Assembly (NCBI GenBank): GCA_963812155.1
Contig: CAWETW010000003.1
Coordinates: 608,001-672,000, forward strand
DNA: 64,000 bases
Direction of reading: 5' to 3'
Origin: Vulcanimicrobiota bacterium
GTDB taxonomy: Bacteria; Vulcanimicrobiota; Vulcanimicrobiia; Vulcanimicrobiales; Vulcanimicrobiaceae
Within the stretch, counting starts at the first letter, position 1; each line of letters opens with the position of its first letter. Below, piece by piece: positions 52,027-62,394 of this stretch. The notes under the pieces were generated by a model. The model had not been told where the DNA came from. It did not search any database and saw only the letters and a list, made by a program, of their open reading frames with translations. The position numbers were made by a program, and so were the translations under genes.

Positions 52027-52042
52027 TACCGATGGCTCCGGT

Positions 52043-53290
52043 TTAAAGTGGGAAGAAGTTCGGCGATCCGATGCCGATCTGGAGTTGGAGTTGCGTCGCC
52101 TTCAGACCGCCGACGACCGGCCCGCAGTTTTGCGGTGAGACCGTCAGGCATTTAATCGCGGTGACGTTATCGGGTCCGAGATTGGTCGGGTTGCCGCTAT
52201 TGAGCACCAACTGGACGAAACCGTATTTCGCAAATCGCTGCGACACGCCCAAGAAATACGCGATGAGATGCTCGGGATAGGGATCCGTCGGCAGGTAGTC
52301 GCGCGCGCTCTGCGGCTCGACCCAGAATTTCGTATCCGGAAAGGGTGTATACTCCAGATAGAGCGTCTGGGGCGTCTGTATGTGATTCGTACTATTGACG
52401 CCCGCCGTATGCACCAGCCACTGCGCCGCGATCGTGAAGGTTCCGAACATCTTCGGCGTCTTGAGGAACGGCAGCGTTACGGCGACGGCCTTGAACTGCG
52501 CCGTGCGCGTCGGCACGTCGCTGAAGTACGGTCCGTCGGGCGGCTTGTAGGCAAACGGCACGATGTCGTTGTTGTTGACCGATTCGCCGATCTGGCCGCC
52601 GCGCGTGACGTACGCCGGCGCGACGACGATTGGAAGCTCGTGTCCGCCGGGCATCCCCTTGATGAGAAAGAGCTGCTCGAGAAGAAAGATGCCGAACGTG
52701 TCTTTCGTTCTCACGTTGATATTTTGCCCGGTTCCCGGACCGCACACGTCGCTGCCGCCCAAGTCGGCGCACCCGACGGGGTTCTTAAAGCCTTGCACGT
52801 AGATCGGTGCCAGGCCGCTGTTGAAGCCGTACGGCCAGTGCTGCAACTGAAACATGCTGGCGACGATGCGGGTCGACGGCTGCCACGCGTACGAAACTGA
52901 GGCATCTACGCCGCCCATCAGCCAGCCCTGTTTTCCCAAGCTGCCGATGTTGCCGTACGGATAGGCCGTCGACACGTCTGCGCTGTACCCGATGCCGGTC
53001 GGAAAGCCGATGACCGGAGCGATACGCTGCTGACTAACGGGTGGAACTTGTGCGACCGTTCCATTCGGAAGCACGGACGGTGCAGGCGTGGCTGCGGCCG
53101 CTTGCCGGCGCGCGGCTTCCTGCTTCTTGCGTTCGGCGTCGATCGCGCTCTTGATCGCATCGTTCGCACCCGGCACGACGGATTGCTCGTAGACGTTTTC
53201 GATGCCGTCGGCACGTGCCGGTGCGACCGGCAGACACGACGCCGCAACTGCAACGACCGCAGCAAAAACGCAAAAGCGCAGTTTCAACAT
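52043..53290 (-). CDS. Secreted hypothetical protein, possibly an outer-membrane beta-barrel
   Basis: Signal peptide ending in ARA-D; alternating aromatic/hydrophobic beta-strand pattern. Confidence 0.6.
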   Translation of the reverse strand: MLKLRFCVFAAVVAVAASCLPVAPARADGIENVYEQSVVPGANDAIKSAIDAERKKQEAARRQAAAATPAPSVLPNGTVAQVPPVSQQRIAPVIGFPTGIGYSADVSTAYPYGNIGSLGKQGWLMGGVDASVSYAWQPSTRIVASMFQLQHWPYGFNSGLAPIYVQGFKNPVGCADLGGSDVCGPGTGQNINVRTKDTFGIFLLEQLFLIKGMPGGHELPIVVAPAYVTRGGQIGESVNNNDIVPFAYKPPDGPYFSDVPTRTAQFKAVAVTLPFLKTPKMFGTFTIAAQWLVHTAGVNSTNHIQTPQTLYLEYTPFPDTKFWVEPQSARDYLPTDPYPEHLIAYFLGVSQRFAKYGFVQLVLNSGNPTNLGPDNVTAIKCLTVSPQNCGPVVGGLKATQLQLQIGIGSPNFFPL

Positions 53291-53357
53291 GCTGCGGACG
53301 TTGCGCCTCGGCGAGCCGAAAACCCTCGCGCCGCAAAAATGCGAACTAAAGTCGCAA

Positions 53358-56300
53358 TTAATGCGCTGTGGGCGTAATGGGAGCTTGCCCTTCGGCGATT
53401 GCGCCGTCTCGGCGAGGCGCGCCGTTGCGTTCCGCACGCCCGCCGCGCAGTTCCAGCGACTTAATGATGACGTAGAGCACCGGCGTGATGGCGAGATTCA
53501 AGAACGTCGAGAGGAGCATTCCGCCGAACACGACGGTGCCCAGCGAATGGCGCGCGGCGTTGCCGGCGCCGCTTGCAAATACGAGCGGCGTTACGGCAAT
53601 GACGAACGCGATCGACGTCATCAGAATCGGACGGAGCCGCGTGAGAGCCGCGCGTAACGCCGCCTGCACCACGTTTGCACCTTGCTTCAGTTGCTGATTG
53701 GCAAACTCCACGATCAGAATAGCGCTCTTGCTCGCTAGGCCGATAAGCATGACGTAGCCGACCTGCGCGTACGCATCTTGCGAAATCGAGGGATCGAAGA
53801 GAAAGGGGATCGGGAAGTGGCGGATGTTGATGAATGCCAGTGCGCCGAAGAGCGCGGCCGGCACTGCCAGCAGCACGATCAGCGGATCGATGAAACTCTC
53901 GTATTGCGCCGAAAGCACGAGAAAGACGAAGACGAGGCCCAGCGCAAAGATGAGCACGGCGAGCGGCCCTGCGGCGATTTGGTCGAGCTGCAGCCCGGTC
54001 CACTCGTAACTGACGCCGGCGGGCAGTATTTTCTGCGCGAGCTGCTGCATCGCGGTGATCGCCTCTCCCGAACTATGGCCCGGGGCCGAGTTGCCCTGCA
54101 GCTCGATATTGCGGTAAAGATTGTAATGCGTTATGACGGGCGGCCCTAACTGCATCTTGACGTTCATGAGCGCGTTGAGGGGCGTCATCACGACACCCGT
54201 GGCGGTGGTCTGCGTGGTCGCCGAACCGGGCGGCGGCGTCGCCAGCGGGTTGGTTCCCGTGGGAATGTTCGGGGCGCCCGAACCGTTGTGAACGTAAATC
54301 TGCTGCAGTGACGCGATGCTATTGCGGAACGGGGCATCGGCCTGTACGTCGACCTGCCAAGAACGATTGAGATACGTAAAGTTATTGACGAAGAGCGATC
54401 CGAGTTCCACCTCCATCGTCTGGAAGATGTCGCTCAGCGAGATGCCGATCGCTTTGGCTTTATTGCGGTCGACGTTGACTTGAAGCTGCGGCGAGTTGAT
54501 GCGGTACTGCGTGAAGACGCCGTTCAACCGGGGATCTTTCGCGGCCGCACCCATCATTGCGTACGTCAGTCCCATCAATTTATCCAGCCCGATGTTGCCG
54601 CGATCTTCCAGTTCGAACTGAAAACCGCCGACGGTGCCGACGCCGTTGATCGCGGGGGGATTGAACGCAAAGATTTGTGCTTGCGGAATCTGCATGTAGA
54701 ACGCGCCGTTGAGCCGCGCAAGCAGCGACGTGATGCTGTGCGGGCAAGGCTTAAGCAAGAGCGCGTTCAGCGGCGAGCATTCGCGTTCTCCCCACGGCTT
54801 GAGCAGCGCGAACATAAGTCCTCGGTTGGGCGCCGCGCCGCTGAAGCTGAATCCGCCGACGTCGAAGAGATGCGCGACTTCGGGCTGCGCGATGACGATC
54901 TTTTCCGCCTGTTTTGAGATCCGCTGTTCGCCCTGCAGCGACGTCCCTTCCGGCGTCTGCACCAGCATGATGAAGTAGCCCTGATCCTCTTCGGGGATGA
55001 ATGCCTGCGGCGTCGACACGAAGAGGAAGCCGGTCATCGCCAGCGCCAGTCCGAAAGCGCCGGCGACCCACCAACGATACCGGAACGCCTTGGGCAACTG
55101 GCGGGCGTACCACTCGCGAAATCCCTTGAAGCCGCGATTGAACCAACGGAAGAAGATGAAGGTCGATTCGGTTTCACCGCTGAGAAAACGCGCCGACAGC
55201 ACCGGCGCAAGCGTCAGCGCTTGGAACAGCGAGATCGAGATGGCGGCCGCGATCGTCAGCGCGAACTGCTTGTAGAGCTGACCGGTCGTGCCCGGGAAGA
55301 AGCCGACCGGAATGAACACCGCGAGCAGCACCAGCGAGGACGCGACGACGGCGCTCTGAATTTCCGCCATGGCCTCGGCAGCGCTGACGATCGCGTTCTT
55401 TTTGCCTTTGTTCATTTCGATATGGCGCGCGATGTTTTCGATGACGACGATCGCATCGTCGACGACCAGCCCGGTCGCCAACGTGAGCCCGAAGAGCGTA
55501 ATCGTATTGATCGAAAAGCCGACGATCTTCATGACGAAGAACGTGCCGACCAGCGAAACCGGGATCGTGGCCGCCGGGATCAGCGTCGAGCGCGGGTTCT
55601 GCAAGAAGACGTAGATGACCAGCACGACCAGCACGATCGAGAGCAGCAGCGTCAGCAGCACCTCTTTGATGGATTCCCGCACGAAGGTCGTGGTGTTGAA
55701 CGCGACCGTGTAGTGGACGCCCGGCGGGAACGACTTGGACAGCTGGTCCATTTGCGCGGTGACCGCGCGCGAAACGTCGAGCGCGTTGGCGGTGGAATAT
55801 TGCTGCACGCCTAAGCCGACGACGCGCGATTGACCGTCGAAGCGGAGTGCCGACGAGTAATCTTGCGCGCCGAGTTCCACCCTCGCCACGTCGCCGAGCC
55901 GCGTGAAGCCGCCGTTGGAGTTCGAGCGCAGGATGATGTTCGCGAACTGCGTGGGATCGGAGAGTTGCGTGACGGCGTTGACCGTGTACGTGTAGGGCTG
56001 TCCCTTAGGCGCGGGGGGCGAGCCGAGGCTGCCGACGCCGATCGCAACGTTCTGTTCCTGCAGCGAACTCACGACGTCTCCCACGTCGAGCCCTTGGGAG
56101 GCCAGCAGCCGCGGATTGAGCCAAACGCGCATCGCGTACTGGCGCTGGCCGAAGATGCGGATGCCCGAGACGCCGGACACGCGCGAGAGATTATTAACGA
56201 TGTTCAACTGCGCGTAGTTGCTGAGTTCGAGCGTGTCGTATTGCTTGCTGTCCGACGTGAGCGCAATGCCCATCACGAACGTGCCGGCGTTCTTCGAAAC

Positions 56301-56681
56301 GGTGACGCCGAGTTGCTGGACGCTGGCCGGCAGCGTGCCGAGCGCGGTTTGCGTTGCGTTTTGCACGTCGGCCGCAGCGATGTCGAGATCGACGCCGAGG
56401 TTGAACGTCAGCGTAATCGTCGAGATGCCCTGCGCGCTGGTGGAACTGATGTAACGCAGCCCCTGCACCGTGTTGACGGCTTGCTCGAGGGGCGTCGTGA
56501 CCTGAGCCTCCACCGCCTGCGGACTCGCTCCGACGTAGATGGCCGAAACGCTCACCACCGGCGGCGCAATTTGCGGATACTGCGCGATCGGCAACGTCGG
56601 TATCACCACACCGCCGCCGATGAGCACGATCAGGGAGCAGACGATGGCCAGGACGGGCCGGCCCAGGAATGCCTTGGTCAC
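53358..56681 (-). CDS. RND efflux transporter permease (HAE1/AcrB family)
   Basis: LPIAQYPQIAPP, GLVVDDAIVVIEN, GLASKSAILIVEFA, RLRPILMTS. Confidence 0.95.
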   Translation of the reverse strand: MTKAFLGRPVLAIVCSLIVLIGGGVVIPTLPIAQYPQIAPPVVSVSAIYVGASPQAVEAQVTTPLEQAVNTVQGLRYISSTSAQGISTITLTFNLGVDLDIAAADVQNATQTALGTLPASVQQLGVTVSKNAGTFVMGIALTSDSKQYDTLELSNYAQLNIVNNLSRVSGVSGIRIFGQRQYAMRVWLNPRLLASQGLDVGDVVSSLQEQNVAIGVGSLGSPPAPKGQPYTYTVNAVTQLSDPTQFANIILRSNSNGGFTRLGDVARVELGAQDYSSALRFDGQSRVVGLGVQQYSTANALDVSRAVTAQMDQLSKSFPPGVHYTVAFNTTTFVRESIKEVLLTLLLSIVLVVLVIYVFLQNPRSTLIPAATIPVSLVGTFFVMKIVGFSINTITLFGLTLATGLVVDDAIVVIENIARHIEMNKGKKNAIVSAAEAMAEIQSAVVASSLVLLAVFIPVGFFPGTTGQLYKQFALTIAAAISISLFQALTLAPVLSARFLSGETESTFIFFRWFNRGFKGFREWYARQLPKAFRYRWWVAGAFGLALAMTGFLFVSTPQAFIPEEDQGYFIMLVQTPEGTSLQGEQRISKQAEKIVIAQPEVAHLFDVGGFSFSGAAPNRGLMFALLKPWGERECSPLNALLLKPCPHSITSLLARLNGAFYMQIPQAQIFAFNPPAINGVGTVGGFQFELEDRGNIGLDKLMGLTYAMMGAAAKDPRLNGVFTQYRINSPQLQVNVDRNKAKAIGISLSDIFQTMEVELGSLFVNNFTYLNRSWQVDVQADAPFRNSIASLQQIYVHNGSGAPNIPTGTNPLATPPPGSATTQTTATGVVMTPLNALMNVKMQLGPPVITHYNLYRNIELQGNSAPGHSSGEAITAMQQLAQKILPAGVSYEWTGLQLDQIAAGPLAVLIFALGLVFVFLVLSAQYESFIDPLIVLLAVPAALFGALAFINIRHFPIPFLFDPSISQDAYAQVGYVMLIGLASKSAILIVEFANQQLKQGANVVQAALRAALTRLRPILMTSIAFVIAVTPLVFASGAGNAARHSLGTVVFGGMLLSTFLNLAITPVLYVIIKSLELRGGRAERNGAPRRDGAIAEGQAPITPTAH

Positions 56682-56719
56682 GTTTTCCCCAAAACTCGCA
56701 AGCCGTACTCCGAGTTGCG

Positions 56720-56873
56720 CCCTTCGCCCTTCGCCCTTCGACTGCGGCGCTACGCGCCTCCGCTCAGGATGACAGCGCTTCGCGAGCTCCGCTCAGGATG
56801 ACATGGCTACGCAGCTCCGCTCAGGGTGACACAAATATGGGCGCGCGCCTGCGGGCGCTTAGCTCAGGGTGAC
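56720..56873 (+). repeat. Cluster of REP-like repeats
   Basis: (CCCTTCG)x3, then CTCCGCTCAGGRTGACA at 56758, 56787 and 56815, and a partial copy at 56862. Confidence 0.8.
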
Positions 56874-56914
56874 TCGAGGCCGGGGCCGACGACGAGCCGG
56901 CGAGATGGACGACC

Positions 56915-57814
56915 TTAACCCGGGAAGGCTTGTTCGGCGTGGTACGAACTGCGCGACAGAGGGCTGGATACGACCTGATGGAAGCCCCTGGCCTTCGCGG
57001 CGTTTCCGAGATACTCGAACCGCTCCGGCGCGATGAACTCGACCACCGGAAGATGCTTCTTGCTCGGCTGCAGATATTGCCCCATCGTAAAGATGTCGAC
57101 GCCGGCGGAGCGCGCGTCGTCCATCGCTTGCTCGATCTCGCCGTCGGCTTCACCCAATCCCAGCATCAGCGACGTCTTGGTGTAACGTTCCGGAGCGCGG
57201 TTTTTTGCGTGCTCCAGCACCCGAAGCGACTGAGCGTACTTCGCGCGCTTGTCGCGCACCGAGGGCGTGAGGCGCGCGACCGTTTCGAGATTGTGCGCGA
57301 AGACGTCCGGCCCGGCGTCCATCACGATGTCGAGCGCCGTCAGGTCTCCGCGATAGTCGCCGCTGAGCACTTCGACGCGCGAATTCGGAACGCGGGCGTG
57401 AATCTCGCGCACGGTGTTCGCGAAGATCAGCGCTCCGCCGTCGAGGAGATCGTCGCGGTCCACGGCCGTGAGCACCAAGTATTTCCAGCCGAGATCGCGG
57501 ACGGCTTCGGCGACGCGGACCGGTTCGAGCCAGTCGATTTCGCCGCGAGGATTGCCGGTCTTCACGTTACAGAACCGGCACCCGCGCGTGCACACGTCGC
57601 CGAGAATCATGATGGTCGCCGTCCCGGCGCCCCAGCACTCGGCGAGATTCGGACACGCCGCTTCCTTGCACACGGTGTGGAGTGCCAGCGCGTTGACACG
57701 CTCCTTCACGCGCTCGTACTCGTCGCCGGAGGGCAGCGACACGCGCAGCCACGGCGGTTTGCGGACGTGCAGCGGCGGAGCCGGCGGCCGCGTTAAATCG
57801 ACGTCGATTGCCAT
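56915..57814 (-). CDS. lipA: Lipoyl synthase
   Basis: CKEAACPNLAEC, CTRGCRFC, HNLETV, GQYLQP, RSSY. Confidence 0.96.
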   Translation of the reverse strand: MAIDVDLTRPPAPPLHVRKPPWLRVSLPSGDEYERVKERVNALALHTVCKEAACPNLAECWGAGTATIMILGDVCTRGCRFCNVKTGNPRGEIDWLEPVRVAEAVRDLGWKYLVLTAVDRDDLLDGGALIFANTVREIHARVPNSRVEVLSGDYRGDLTALDIVMDAGPDVFAHNLETVARLTPSVRDKRAKYAQSLRVLEHAKNRAPERYTKTSLMLGLGEADGEIEQAMDDARSAGVDIFTMGQYLQPSKKHLPVVEFIAPERFEYLGNAAKARGFHQVVSSPLSRSSYHAEQAFPG

Positions 57815-58473
57815 TGTATCTCGAACGCCTTCGCCAGCTCATCGAGCAGCACGCGCTTCGCCTCGTCGACCGCGATCGGCCGACCACACTCTTTCGAAAG
57901 CGAGGTGATGCCGCGGCCGGGTAATCCGCACGGTGAGATCAGCCGGTCGTAGTCGAGTCGCGTGGAAACGTTCAGCGCGATACCGTGGAGCGTCACCATC
58001 GCGCGCACGGCGAGCCCTATCGCGCAGAGTTGATTGAAACCGACCCATACGCCGGCGTGCTCGCTCCAGCGCTCGGCTGCGACGCCGAACCGCGCGCAGG
58101 CCGACATGACGGCGCCTTCGAGATCGCGCACGAGCGGAACGACCTCGCGAAAGCGCGCGAGCCGGCGAATCGGGTAGACGACCAGCTGGCCCGGACCGTG
58201 ATACGTCACGTCGCCCCCGCGCTCGACGGCCACGACGTCGATGCCGCGCTCGGCGAGGACGTCGTCGGAAAGCAACACATTTTCGCGTTTGGCACGGCGC
58301 CCCAGCGTTATCACCGGCGGATGCTCGACGACGATCCAGGTGTCGGGTTCGCGTCCGTCACGCACGGCGTCGTGTAAGCGGTGCTGCAAATCCCAAACGT
58401 CGCGATACGGGCGCGTTCCCATATCGAGCAGCCGGGCGTGGAGTGGAGTCGCGGCCGCCGCGGTTACGATCAT
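57793..58473 (-). CDS. lipB: Octanoyltransferase
   Basis: EHPPVITLG, RGGDVTYHGPGQLVVYP, HGIALN, PCG. Confidence 0.94.
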   Translation of the reverse strand: MIVTAAAATPLHARLLDMGTRPYRDVWDLQHRLHDAVRDGREPDTWIVVEHPPVITLGRRAKRENVLLSDDVLAERGIDVVAVERGGDVTYHGPGQLVVYPIRRLARFREVVPLVRDLEGAVMSACARFGVAAERWSEHAGVWVGFNQLCAIGLAVRAMVTLHGIALNVSTRLDYDRLISPCGLPGRGITSLSKECGRPIAVDEAKRVLLDELAKAFEIQWQSTSI

Positions 58474-59915
58474 TTCGCTGCGGCGGTCGCCTTCGGCTTT
58501 GGATTGACGATGTGAATCGCTTTGCCGTGAGCCGCCTCGGCGGCATCCATGATCGATTCGGTGAGCGTCGGATGCGGATGTATCGAGAGCCCGATGTCTT
58601 CGAGCGTCGCGCCCATCTCGAGCGCGATGACGCCTTCGCCGATGAGCGATTCGGCTTGCGGGGCAACGATGTGCATGCCGAGCAGCAAATCGCTTTTTGC
58701 ATCGCCGACCAGTTTGAGCAGGCCGTCGCTCTGGTTCATCGTGCGCGCGCGGCCGCTCGCGGCAAGCGGAAACTTGCCGATGCGCACTTCGAAGCCTTTG
58801 GCCTTCGCTTCTTCCTCGGAGAGGCCGACCGTCGCGACTTCCGGATCGGTGTAGACGCAGTTCGGCACTGCGACCGGATCGAACGCCGCCGACTTGTCGC
58901 CGGCAATCACCTCGGCAGCGACGACGCCCTGCTTCATCGCGCGGTGCGCGAGGAGCGGTTGGCCGGTGACGTCGCCGATGGCAAAGACGTTGGGCGTTTT
59001 CGTGCGCATTTGCTGATCTACAACGATGAAACCCTTGTCGTCGGCCGCGAGATTCGCTCCTTGTAAATTGAGGTTGTCGGTCACCGGCCGCCGGCCGACT
59101 GCGACGAGCACCATGTCGAACTCGCGCGTCTCGTCTTTGCCGCCGGTCCCGGCGCCGTTGAGGGTCGCACGCACCGTCGACCCCTGCTTTTCGAGGGTGC
59201 CGACTTTCGTGTCGAGCATTATTTCGACGCCCTGCTTTTTCAGAATGCGCCCGAGCGTCTTGCCGATTTCGGCGTCGGTGCCGGTAAGAATTTGCGGCAT
59301 CATCTCGACCACCAGCACGCCGGCGCCCATGCGCGCAAACACGGTGGCGAACTCCAAACCGATCACGCCGCCGCCGATCACGAGCAGCTTCTTGGGAATG
59401 CGTCCGATGTTGACCGCGTCGTCGGAGTTCACGATCGTTTCGCCGTCGTGCGGCCACGCCTTGACGTCCACCGGCGCAGAACCGGTTGCGATGACGATGT
59501 TGGCGGCCTTGATCGTGTCGGTGCCGCCGTCTCTTTTTTTGACGAGCACTTCGGTGGGACTCGTGAACGACGCTTCGCCGTAGAGAAACTCTACGCCGTT
59601 GGCTTTGAAGAGCGTCTTCACGCCGCCGACGTTGGCGTTGACCACGTCGGTCTTGAACTTCGCGACGCCTTCGCGATCGACGTCGGCTTTGGGAACCTTT
59701 AAGCCGATCGCAGCCGCGTCCTCGATGTGACGGATCACTTCGCCGACGTGCAGCAGCGCTTTGGTGGGAATGCACCCCCAGTTGAGACAGACGCCGCCGA
59801 CCTCGTCGCGGTCGACGCAGAGAACTTTCTTGCCAAGCTGACCGAGGCGAATGGCGGCGTGATAACCCCCCGGCCCGGCGCCGATGACGACCGCGTCAAC
59901 CTGATGTTCTGCCAA
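58470..59915 (-). CDS. lpdA: Dihydrolipoyl dehydrogenase
   Basis: GAGPGGY, GGVCLNWGCIP, GGGVIGLE, HPHPTLTE. Confidence 0.96.
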   Translation of the reverse strand: MAEHQVDAVVIGAGPGGYHAAIRLGQLGKKVLCVDRDEVGGVCLNWGCIPTKALLHVGEVIRHIEDAAAIGLKVPKADVDREGVAKFKTDVVNANVGGVKTLFKANGVEFLYGEASFTSPTEVLVKKRDGGTDTIKAANIVIATGSAPVDVKAWPHDGETIVNSDDAVNIGRIPKKLLVIGGGVIGLEFATVFARMGAGVLVVEMMPQILTGTDAEIGKTLGRILKKQGVEIMLDTKVGTLEKQGSTVRATLNGAGTGGKDETREFDMVLVAVGRRPVTDNLNLQGANLAADDKGFIVVDQQMRTKTPNVFAIGDVTGQPLLAHRAMKQGVVAAEVIAGDKSAAFDPVAVPNCVYTDPEVATVGLSEEEAKAKGFEVRIGKFPLAASGRARTMNQSDGLLKLVGDAKSDLLLGMHIVAPQAESLIGEGVIALEMGATLEDIGLSIHPHPTLTESIMDAAEAAHGKAIHIVNPKPKATAAAK

Positions 59916-60010
59916 GCTCGTGCTCCTGTTCGTGGCGATGTGCTGCGGACTGCGACCCTTCGACTCCCTCAGGGGTCCGGGCCTCGAACGTTTCGAAATT
60001 GGACTGCCCC

Positions 60011-61474
60011 ATGACGGCCGTTGGATGGCACAACGTCTTACCGGAGCTCGACCGCGCGTCGATCGTTCCGCTATACCGTCAAATTTACGAGGGTGTGCGG
60101 GAAGCGATTCTCACCGGGACGCTCCCCGAATCGACCCGTCTTCCTCCCGAACGCAGCCTGGCGCAACGTCTGGAAGTGAACCGCAGCACGGTCGTGCACG
60201 CATACCGCGAGCTCGTCGCGGACGGCCTCATCGAACAGCGCGTCGGCGCCGGGTCGCGGGTCGTGCCGCAGTTGCGCGCCGGCCAGCCGGAACGCGCGGC
60301 GGGCGTTCCGTGGTGGGTAACGCTCCCGCCGTGGCGCGTCGGCGAGTTCCCGAACATACTGGGCGAACTCGCGGCCAAGCCGCAGAGCGGCCGCATCTCG
60401 TTCGTGCAGGGCGTCGCGCCCGACGAGCCGTCGCCATTGGGCGCGCTGGCGAAGTCGTTCGGCCGCGTCGCCACCGATCCGCGCTTCATTCTGTCGTACG
60501 GCGATTCGGAAGGCTACGAGCCGTTGCGCACCGCCATTGCCGCGCGCATGAACGCCCGCGGGGCAACTACGGTGGCGCCCAACAACGTCATCGTGCTTAC
60601 CGGCTCGACGCAGGGCATCGCCATCGTCGCGCAGAGTCTGGCCGAGCCGGGCGACGAGATCGTCGTCGAATCGCCCTCGTATCCGGGAGCGCTGCAAGTC
60701 TTTCAAATCAACGGATTGCGCGCGATCGCGGTGCCGGTCGACGACGAGGGCATGCGCGTCGATCACGTCGAGGCCGTGCTGCGTACGCGCCGCCCACGTT
60801 TCATCTACACGATGCCGTCGCTGCACAATCCGACCAACGCGAGCATGAACGCCGATCGCCGCGAGCGCCTCACGACGATCGCGCGCCGCGCCGGCGTCCC
60901 GATCGTCGAAGACGACCCGTACGGGCCGCTGGCGGGCGCCGGTCCGCCGCTCGTCGCGCTCGCGCCCGACCACGTCGTGTATCTCTCGACGTTTTCGAAA
61001 ACGATCGCACCGTCGCTGCGCGTCGGATGGCTGGCGGCGCCGCGCACGATTCTCGAACGGCTGCTCCTGCGCAAACAAGCGTACGACATGGCAACCAGTC
61101 TCTACGTGCAAGCGGCGGTGACGGATTACTTAGAGAGCGCTTACGACGCGCACGTCGCCCAGCTGCAAGAGGAACTGCTGCTGCGCCGCAAGCTTGCCGA
61201 CGACGCGATCGCTCGCTACTGGCCGGCGTCGCTCAAGGTGAGCCGGCCGGCCGGCGGCTTCTACGCGTGGGCCACGACGCCGCGTGAAGTACGCGCGCGC
61301 GCATTGCTCGATGCCGCCGAACGGCTCGGCGCCTCGTTTCTATTCGGCGAAGCGTTCTTCGCGAACTCGGGCGGCGACCATAACTTCCGTTTGGCGCTGA
61401 CCGCCGTCAAGCGCCGCGATATCGCCGAAGGCATTCGCCGCATCGGCGAGGCCGCCGCGTCACTGCGCCCGTGA
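60011..61474 (+). CDS. MocR/GntR-family PLP-dependent regulator
   Basis: N-terminal wHTH (PLYRQI...RLPPERSLA...VNRSTV) plus aminotransferase domain (HNPT, EDDPY, TFSKTIAPSLRVGW). Confidence 0.92.
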   Translation: MTAVGWHNVLPELDRASIVPLYRQIYEGVREAILTGTLPESTRLPPERSLAQRLEVNRSTVVHAYRELVADGLIEQRVGAGSRVVPQLRAGQPERAAGVPWWVTLPPWRVGEFPNILGELAAKPQSGRISFVQGVAPDEPSPLGALAKSFGRVATDPRFILSYGDSEGYEPLRTAIAARMNARGATTVAPNNVIVLTGSTQGIAIVAQSLAEPGDEIVVESPSYPGALQVFQINGLRAIAVPVDDEGMRVDHVEAVLRTRRPRFIYTMPSLHNPTNASMNADRRERLTTIARRAGVPIVEDDPYGPLAGAGPPLVALAPDHVVYLSTFSKTIAPSLRVGWLAAPRTILERLLLRKQAYDMATSLYVQAAVTDYLESAYDAHVAQLQEELLLRRKLADDAIARYWPASLKVSRPAGGFYAWATTPREVRARALLDAAERLGASFLFGEAFFANSGGDHNFRLALTAVKRRDIAEGIRRIGEAAASLRP

Positions 61475-62394
61475 GCCCGATGCCGTTTCGCGCGATCCGG
61501 CGATCGTTGCTGGCGTGGTACGCGCGGCATGGTCGGGCGACGCTTCCTTGGCGCGCCGCGCGCAGCCCGTACCGCACGCTCGTCAGCGAATTCATGCTGC
61601 AGCAGACGCAAGTCGATCGCGTCGTTGCGCATTTCGAAGCGTTCGTACGGCGATTTCCGGATTTCGCGACGCTGGCGGCGGCGCCGGTGTCCGAGGTGGT
61701 GCGCGCGTGGAAAGGCCTCGGTTACAACGCTCGCGCGGTTCGGCTGCAGGGCGTCGCCCAAGCGGTCGTCGCGCGCTACGACGGCGAGATGCCGAGCGAC
61801 ATCGCCTTGCTTGCAGCGATGCCGGGAATCGGCGCATATACGGCAGCGGCGATCCGCGCATTCGCATTCGACGCCGCCGACGCACCGGTCGATACGAACG
61901 TACGGCGCATCCTGCACCGGCTGTTTTACGGCGTCGAATTCCCGGCGCGCGCGACGGCGCGCGAACTCGCCGATCTCGCGCGCGATCTGGTGCCGCCCGG
62001 AAAGGCGCACGATTGGAGTTCGAGCCTCATGGATTTAGGCGCGACGATCTGCACCGCTCGCGCGCCGCGATGCGCTCGATGTCCGCTGCGACGTTACTGC
62101 GCTGCGGCGCCGGTCGACGCTGCCGAGTTGGAACGCCGAAGGCGTGCGCAGCCGCGCGCACCGTCACGCGTGCCCGAACGCTTCGAACGGACGTCCCGCT
62201 TCGCGCGCGGCCGCATCGTCGACCGCTTGCGCGAGCTGCCGCCCGGGGAGCGCATTTCGCTGCTCGATCTCCATCGCTGCCTCGCGCCGGTTCTTCCCGG
62301 CCGCGACGCGAGCGAGGTGGCGGCGCTCGTCGGCGCGCTCGAACGCGACGGTCTCGTGAGAGCCGACGGCGAGATGGTTGCGCTGCAGGATTAG
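61471..62394 (+). CDS. mutY: A/G-specific adenine glycosylase (short form)
   Basis: LPWR, SEFMLQQTQV, WKGLGY, PGIGAYTA, VDTNV, FCL cysteines; no Nudix-like C-terminal domain. Confidence 0.87.
   Translation: MSPMPFRAIRRSLLAWYARHGRATLPWRAARSPYRTLVSEFMLQQTQVDRVVAHFEAFVRRFPDFATLAAAPVSEVVRAWKGLGYNARAVRLQGVAQAVVARYDGEMPSDIALLAAMPGIGAYTAAAIRAFAFDAADAPVDTNVRRILHRLFYGVEFPARATARELADLARDLVPPGKAHDWSSSLMDLGATICTARAPRCARCPLRRYCAAAPVDAAELERRRRAQPRAPSRVPERFERTSRFARGRIVDRLRELPPGERISLLDLHRCLAPVLPGRDASEVAALVGALERDGLVRADGEMVALQD

Noticed and set aside
56758..56873. Direct repeats as a CRISPR array
   Set aside because: The repeats are 17 nt with 11-12 nt linkers, there are no cas genes, and the same motif occurs as dispersed solo copies.
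57793..59775. 660-aa LipB with a long N-terminal extension
   Set aside because: The extension is an off-frame overlap with lpdA; the real start is ATG 58473.
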